A program made the translations under genes and the position numbers. Below the pieces are notes generated by a model, which was not told where the DNA came from, made no database searches, and saw nothing but the letters and a program-made list of their open reading frames with translations. From NCBI GenBank assembly GCA_964602665.1, contig CAZRRH010000002.1:1-60170 (forward strand): a DNA stretch of 60,170 bases. Direction: 5' to 3'. Numbering within the stretch: position 1 is the first letter of the stretch; every line of letters starts with the position of its first letter. The DNA is from an uncultured Candidatus Saccharibacteria bacterium (lineage in GTDB: Bacteria; Patescibacteriota; Dojkabacteria; SC72; WJKH01). This document shows positions 55,118 to 60,170 of the stretch, one piece after another.

Positions 55118-55735
55118 ATGAACCCAAAGTTAAAAATGGCATTAAGCATACTTTCAATGATAACAACTCTAGGTACAGGAACTGGAACCGTATATGCATC
55201 TGACTCGGCAACACCTGGCGATCTGCTCTTTGGAGTTGACACAGCAGTAGAAAGCGTACAGAGAGCTCTTACTAATGATCCAGTGGCCAAAACAGAGCTA
55301 GAATTAGAAATCATGGATGAAAGATTAGAAGAGCTTGCGGTGCTAGCAGAAGAGAACAAAGAAGATGGTATAGCAACCGCACTTGAAGAAATTGAATCTC
55401 AACAAGCAAGGTTAGGCGAGAGAGTTCAAGAGATGAATCAATTAAGAACTGAGAATAAACTACAGACCTCTTCTCAAGAACAGGTTATGGTTAAACTTCA
55501 AGCTCAAGTTGAATCTCATCAAGAGCAAATGAACCAAGTCAATATACAATTAAATTCAAACGGGAATGGGCAAAATTCTGATAATTTGCAAAACATACAA
55601 AACAGTTATTCTGAAAAAACTATGGAACAAATAAGGAATTTTGAAGAGGAAACTGGCCTACAAATTCAAAATCAGCAACAGAATCAGAATGGTCCAACGG
55701 ATAATCAGCAAGGTGGAAATGGTAAAGGGCAGTAA
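55118..55735 (+). CDS. DUF5667-domain exported helical protein
   Basis: ATPGDLLFGVDTAVESVQ...ERLEEL; Gln/Asn/Gly-rich tail. Confidence 0.8.
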   Translation: MNPKLKMALSILSMITTLGTGTGTVYASDSATPGDLLFGVDTAVESVQRALTNDPVAKTELELEIMDERLEELAVLAEENKEDGIATALEEIESQQARLGERVQEMNQLRTENKLQTSSQEQVMVKLQAQVESHQEQMNQVNIQLNSNGNGQNSDNLQNIQNSYSEKTMEQIRNFEEETGLQIQNQQQNQNGPTDNQQGGNGKGQ

Positions 55736-55782
55736 TAGTCTTAAAACATTATTAAGTCAGGAATTTAAGCAAAGCTATTAAA

Positions 55783-56232
55783 ATGAACAAAATAAAAAAT
55801 TTCATTAAAAAAAAGTGGGCATTAATTCTTTTGATTATATTACTAATGCCCCTCTCCTACTATATAATCATCTATTCAATCGATTCCTATTTCTATTCTA
55901 ATAGTGATGCACGAAACAAAGCAATAAAACAAGTTGCCACAAAATATATCCAGGCAATAGAAGAAAACGATCAAGAAATACTTACGAGATTAACAAAAAA
56001 AGAGGATCATTGTCTTACTGAACTTGAAAAGATGAAACAGGGGGCTTACAAAGATTTTTTGGGGAAAGATATATCAAATTTAGAAATAACAGTAACAACT
56101 TCCAATCATGAAGATGTATCAAGCTTCGAAGCATCTTTTGAATTTACAGACAATGACGAGAAAAAAACTGGTAAAATAATTAATTCCGTATTTCTAGAGA
56201 GAGGACGGTTTTTAATTTGTGGGATATTTTAA
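55783..56232 (+). CDS. Hypothetical membrane-anchored protein
   Basis: N-terminal TM, NTF2/DUF4878-like AIKQVATKYIQAI segment. Confidence 0.55.
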   Translation: MNKIKNFIKKKWALILLIILLMPLSYYIIIYSIDSYFYSNSDARNKAIKQVATKYIQAIEENDQEILTRLTKKEDHCLTELEKMKQGAYKDFLGKDISNLEITVTTSNHEDVSSFEASFEFTDNDEKKTGKIINSVFLERGRFLICGIF

Positions 56233-56253
56233 AATTTTGACGAATTAACCAAA

Positions 56254-56760
56254 ATGAAAACTCAGATCGATTTAAACAAAATATTACAATTTAAAGAAAT
56301 AATAACTAAAACAAGACTCCAAGAAGGTTATCAAGAGCAAACAAAGCTTTTTAGACTACTAAAAAATCACTTGCAAAAAGAGCTAAAAGGATATGCTTTT
56401 ACTGGCAACATAGTTGAAAACAATATGGATTACGCATATTTTCAATTTACCGACGAGAATTTAAAAGCAAAAGGCCTCAAATTTGTTGTTGCTTTCCTCT
56501 ACAAAGATTTCCAATATGAGCTGTGGCTTTCTGGATACAATAGAAAGATACAGTCAGACATGTACAAGAAATTTGCAAAAATGAAGAGCTTGCGATTTGC
56601 ATTAACGGCTAACCCATTAAGAACGGACTATGTTTTGAAGCAAAGATTTGACTGCAATTTTAATGATTTTGAAGATTTTGATAGGTCACTTGAAGCTTTT
56701 ACGAAGGAAGCCCGCCTGATTATAGAAAATATTATTAAAGAGCTTTCTAAGGCCTCTTAG
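56254..56760 (+). CDS. DUF7000-like hypothetical protein
   Basis: MDYAYFQF...LKAKGLKFVVAF.....YELWLSG.NRK pattern recalled from memory. Confidence 0.55.
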   Translation: MKTQIDLNKILQFKEIITKTRLQEGYQEQTKLFRLLKNHLQKELKGYAFTGNIVENNMDYAYFQFTDENLKAKGLKFVVAFLYKDFQYELWLSGYNRKIQSDMYKKFAKMKSLRFALTANPLRTDYVLKQRFDCNFNDFEDFDRSLEAFTKEARLIIENIIKELSKAS

Positions 56761-56772
56761 ATTCAGAAAGAA

Positions 56773-57720
56773 TCATTCCTTGAAATTTTTTAGCGCCAAT
56801 ATGTAATGCAATCCTGTGGAAATATTGTAATTTGAAGGAAATATTGTTTTAATCTTTAACGCTTTTGATACTGCAAAAATGTTTATAAGAGCCTTATCAG
56901 CAGCCCACATATAATAAGGTTCAGCTGGATACATCTCCATTCTATCTTCATAGCTTTTTCTAATTATTTTCTCATAAAGCTTTTTCAATGGCGGTATCCC
57001 AATATAATACGGGTGATCAATAAATGCAGATGTTCTATTTACAGGTAAATTCATAGCCTCAAAAAAATCAATAATATTAGTTGATCCATATATTATTTTA
57101 TCAAGACGAAAATTAAGTTTTTTTAATTCACTCATTTGAGTCTCTACATACTTTTTACATTCTGCCAATTCTTTAAGTGTTGGATGATGAGATCGAGAAA
57201 AAGACTCTTGTAAAAAGTAAGTTCCTGTTTTAAAAGACTTGTTAAATAATATCTTTTCTTTGCTTCCGATTATTACTTGAACGCTTCCTCCCCCAACGTC
57301 AACAGCACAGAAAGTTTCATTTGCAAAATCTTTTGTTAAGGCCGTGAAAAATATTTTACCTTCCTCTTTTCGTGAGAGTATTTTTGGGATAAAGCCCGTC
57401 TCTTTTTCAATTCTTTTCTTAACAATATCACCATTTTTTGCTTTTCTTAAAGCATCAGTCGCCACCACGGAGAAATTTATTACTGAATATTTTGCAAGGA
57501 GTTTTTTACATTCTTTTAAGGCTGTGATTGTCTTTACAATGGCTTCCTCAACAATCATATTGTCTGTTTTATCAAGATCTCTTCCTAAAACTGTGAGGTA
57601 TTTCTCTTTCTTTAATGTCTTGCTTTTTAATGTATTGTTGAATTCACATATTTCAAATTTGACTTTTAGCGTTCCAATATCTATTACTCCAGTACGAATA
57701 TTTGGAGATTTGTCTTTCAT
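56773..57720 (-). CDS. ppx: Ppx/GppA family phosphatase (ASKHA)
   Basis: IDIGT..VK, VATDALRKAKNG, EEG, VDVGGGSVQ. Confidence 0.85.
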   Translation of the reverse strand: MKDKSPNIRTGVIDIGTLKVKFEICEFNNTLKSKTLKKEKYLTVLGRDLDKTDNMIVEEAIVKTITALKECKKLLAKYSVINFSVVATDALRKAKNGDIVKKRIEKETGFIPKILSRKEEGKIFFTALTKDFANETFCAVDVGGGSVQVIIGSKEKILFNKSFKTGTYFLQESFSRSHHPTLKELAECKKYVETQMSELKKLNFRLDKIIYGSTNIIDFFEAMNLPVNRTSAFIDHPYYIGIPPLKKLYEKIIRKSYEDRMEMYPAEPYYMWAADKALINIFAVSKALKIKTIFPSNYNISTGLHYILALKNFKE

Positions 57721-57755
57721 AATAATGAATTAGTTGTTAAAACAAAATATATCTC

Positions 57756-58133
57756 TCATCTTTTTCCCAATTTATTTGAAATAATACTTCTAATTAATAA
57801 AACTATTAAACCAACAAGTCCAGCGCTCCATACATACGCAAAAACATTTTCAGCGGGAGAACCTTCAAATGGAATGAAAAGCTCCCAATTAACGAAAAGC
57901 TTTTTATCACAGCTACCTGTTGCTTCCCAAAAATCTTTTGCTTCAGGACAAAACTCCTTATCAATACTAATTTTTTCCTCATATTCTTCCACTGTCACTT
58001 TACAACTTTCATATAATTTATCAGCATCCATCTTCATCCCATCCCAACAGACCACGCCAAAAGAGATAAAAAAAGGGATAAATATTAAAATCCACACACC
58101 GATTAGTATTATTATTATTTTGTTGCTCTTCAT
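57756..58133 (-). CDS. Hypothetical two-TM protein with four Cys in the external loop
   Basis: Hydrophobic N- and C-terminal helices. Confidence 0.6.
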   Translation of the reverse strand: MKSNKIIIILIGVWILIFIPFFISFGVVCWDGMKMDADKLYESCKVTVEEYEEKISIDKEFCPEAKDFWEATGSCDKKLFVNWELFIPFEGSPAENVFAYVWSAGLVGLIVLLIRSIISNKLGKR

Positions 58134-58151
58134 TAAATATGATTTATAAAT

Positions 58152-58268
58152 TTATACTTGCTGTCTAGTAATTTGGAGATCACCATTTTCATCTGAAAGA
58201 ATCTCAACTCCTGTCGTGTCAACTACATCTCCATCATCATTTAAATCAAAAGTGATCGACTCGTCCAT
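58152..58268 (-). pseudogene. 38-aa acidic ORF, probable gene remnant
   Basis: MDESITFDLNDDGDVVDTTGVEILSDENGDLQITRQQV*, resembling the end of a surface protein. Confidence 0.3.
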
Positions 58269-58467
58269 AGGTTTTAATATATGATGCTAAGTTATTGTAA
58301 GGTATAGCAAAGTATATCATAAATGCTTTTACTGCTCAAGCTTTATTTAGAAATCGTTTTTTACTTTTTTTAATCTCATCAACTCGATTTCCGAGCGCGA
58401 CATTAAATTTATTTGTTCACAATTTGTCTTGATAAAAATTTAGAATTAGTATAGAATCAAAGTCAAT

Positions 58468-60170
58468 ATGAGTCTGAACTTTAGCAGGAAAACATTGTCA
58501 AAAATTCTTATTTTTATCTTTTTATTAACAATTGTTTTTGCATTAGGCTATGTTTTATTGCTTTTTATACAGTATAATCCTCAAAAAGTCAGAGTTACAA
58601 ATATAACAGATAGAAGTGCAACGATTACATGGCACACAGATTCACCAACCACTGGCATTGTAAATTGGAGAAACAGTGATGGAAATAAAGGAATTGCTTA
58701 TGATGATAGAGATTATCAAATGGCTGAATTGATTCAATCCACAGAAGATCCAAGCTATCAAAATGTAATTGTTAAACAAAGAAGCAAATATTATACACAT
58801 CATGTTACTTTGAGAGGTCTTAAACCTAATTCGGAATATACATTTGCGGTTAGTGATGGATTTGTAGTTAAATCAAAATTTGATTTTGCCGCAGCGGATA
58901 AAGAGATGTTTAGTGCTGTAAATGAAGCGAAGTTTATTACAACACAAGAATTACAAAACACACAAGCGCCTAATCCAACATACGGCAAGATAGTTATGGA
59001 AGACGATTCTTACATAGGAGGTGATGGAATAGTATTTCTAAGTGCAGTAAGAGATGGTAAGTTGATAACTTTGTCGGCTGTACTCAATGATCAGGGAAGA
59101 TGGTATATTGACTTAACGACAGCGAGGAAAGATGATGGGCAAATAATGTCGTTTGATGATGATACCGATATTCAGAATGTTAAAGCAGAAACTGCTTATG
59201 GAGATTCTGCTGTTTATACAGTATCGATGAATATGAATGCCCCAATGGAGAATATAAAATTGACAAAAGATCGAGATCTAAAGGCAAGTCTGCTTACTAA
59301 AGTCTATGCCTGCACTGGAGGTTCATACAGCAATTGTGTTAAGCAGTGCAAAAGTGACTGTGGTAAAGGGGCGGATGCTAGAGCTTGCCAACTCGACTGT
59401 GAAGAAGGCTGCTCTTCAGAGTGCACTACTACTCCTGCACCAACAATACGAAGTAGAGTTACAGAGACTTTGGTTATCCAGCAAGAAGAGAATTTAAATG
59501 TGCATGCAGAACAAGATCCTCGTAAAGGATGCCCAGGATGTGGTGGGATTTGTGATGATGGTTACCAGACTTTAACAGAATATCCTCCTGAAGGAGATAT
59601 TTTAGCTACTTGCAATCGTAAATGTGATAATGGACAATGGGTAGCTGGTAACTCTTGTTCTGATAATGCAAATGGCGTATCCAGGGTTAATTGTAGTTCT
59701 CCAAAGTGTGTTGTAAATGACAAATGCCAATTAAACGGATGGAGCGATGGAACTTATCAATGTGTTAATGGGGCTTTAGAGGATATTGCAGAAAGGGAGT
59801 TACGTGCTTTAGCCGGTTTAGGAGGGGAAGATGGTGAGTTAGAAGCATCTTCTTCAGAAATAATATGCTATAAATCTTCTCCCACGGGGATTTGTGAAAG
59901 ATTTGCACATCAGGGATTTAATTGTCCTGTTGGTTCAGATAAAGACCAATCAGCTGTCTGTCCAATTTCTATACTTCTTAAGCCTATTAATGAACAGGTT
60001 ATTACAGATCAATCTATCCAAGAAATATACGAAGATGTAATTGAAGGTTTAAATGAGGGTATAGAAGAGACTGAAGAGGAAATTAATGTGCCTTTAGTTT
60101 TATTAGATTGTAGTAGTAGTGATGCAGATTGTGGAAGTTATGGATGTAACCTAATATGTGAGAAAGCAAA
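58468..60170 (+). CDS. Large surface protein (FN3/PAP-N domain then Cys-rich modules), truncated by the window end
   Basis: Frame open from ATG 58468 to the end (567 codons): N-terminal TM, VTNITDRSATITWHTD...HHVTLRGLKPNSEY, 26 Cys after 59311; absent from the ORF track. Confidence 0.85.
   Translation, partial: MSLNFSRKTLSKILIFIFLLTIVFALGYVLLLFIQYNPQKVRVTNITDRSATITWHTDSPTTGIVNWRNSDGNKGIAYDDRDYQMAELIQSTEDPSYQNVIVKQRSKYYTHHVTLRGLKPNSEYTFAVSDGFVVKSKFDFAAADKEMFSAVNEAKFITTQELQNTQAPNPTYGKIVMEDDSYIGGDGIVFLSAVRDGKLITLSAVLNDQGRWYIDLTTARKDDGQIMSFDDDTDIQNVKAETAYGDSAVYTVSMNMNAPMENIKLTKDRDLKASLLTKVYACTGGSYSNCVKQCKSDCGKGADARACQLDCEEGCSSECTTTPAPTIRSRVTETLVIQQEENLNVHAEQDPRKGCPGCGGICDDGYQTLTEYPPEGDILATCNRKCDNGQWVAGNSCSDNANGVSRVNCSSPKCVVNDKCQLNGWSDGTYQCVNGALEDIAERELRALAGLGGEDGELEASSSEIICYKSSPTGICERFAHQGFNCPVGSDKDQSAVCPISILLKPINEQVITDQSIQEIYEDVIEGLNEGIEETEEEINVPLVLLDCSSSDADCGSYGCNLICEKA

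Noticed and set aside
41284-58133. Classical integron cassette array
   Set aside because: No tyrosine integrase and no attC-like RYYYAAC...GTTRRRY palindromes recognised between genes
136-59497. Numerous 60-180 aa antisense or nested ORFs in the track
   Set aside because: They overlap well-supported genes and have no motifs, as expected from six-frame translation
1-60170. CRISPR array or cas genes
   Set aside because: No regularly spaced direct repeats and no Cas motifs seen; the only long direct repeat occurs twice, 10.7 kb apart

Overview
AT-rich 60 kb bacterial chromosome segment read with the standard code. Its gene content suggests a reduced-genome Patescibacteria/CPR organism, possibly Dojkabacteria-like (inference only). 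Bases 1-30.5 kb are mostly core: rnhB, yraN, gatA, lgt, helD-like ATPase, gpmI, rplS, dnaE, uvrC, dus, elp3, def and five tRNAs (Lys-UUU, Gly-UCC, Gln-UUG, His-GUG, Pro-GGG). This part also holds an SPFH/Tim44 membrane module, two enzyme homologues that appear catalytically dead, and an arsEFG-like redox/efflux trio whose thioredoxin carries a 13-Cys metallothionein-like tail. At the 3' end of tRNA-Pro begins a ~10.7 kb integrative element bounded by 52-bp direct repeats (48/52 identical). It encodes a large serine recombinase, a small candidate directionality factor, a lambda-O-like wHTH protein, an XRE regulator, a complete Type III RM system, a Zn-ribbon/Abi-like pair, a truncated Fic gene and a SWIM protein. 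A second accessory tract (41.2-58.3 kb) carries a zincin-like ORFan, HD and MTase-like proteins, a Type IIG-like RM enzyme, Mrr, S66 and M28 peptidases, an MFS transporter and Ppx. A Cys-rich FN3 surface protein missing from the ORF track runs off the right end. No CRISPR array, rRNA or phage structural genes were seen. All family assignments come from motif recognition by eye, not database searches.
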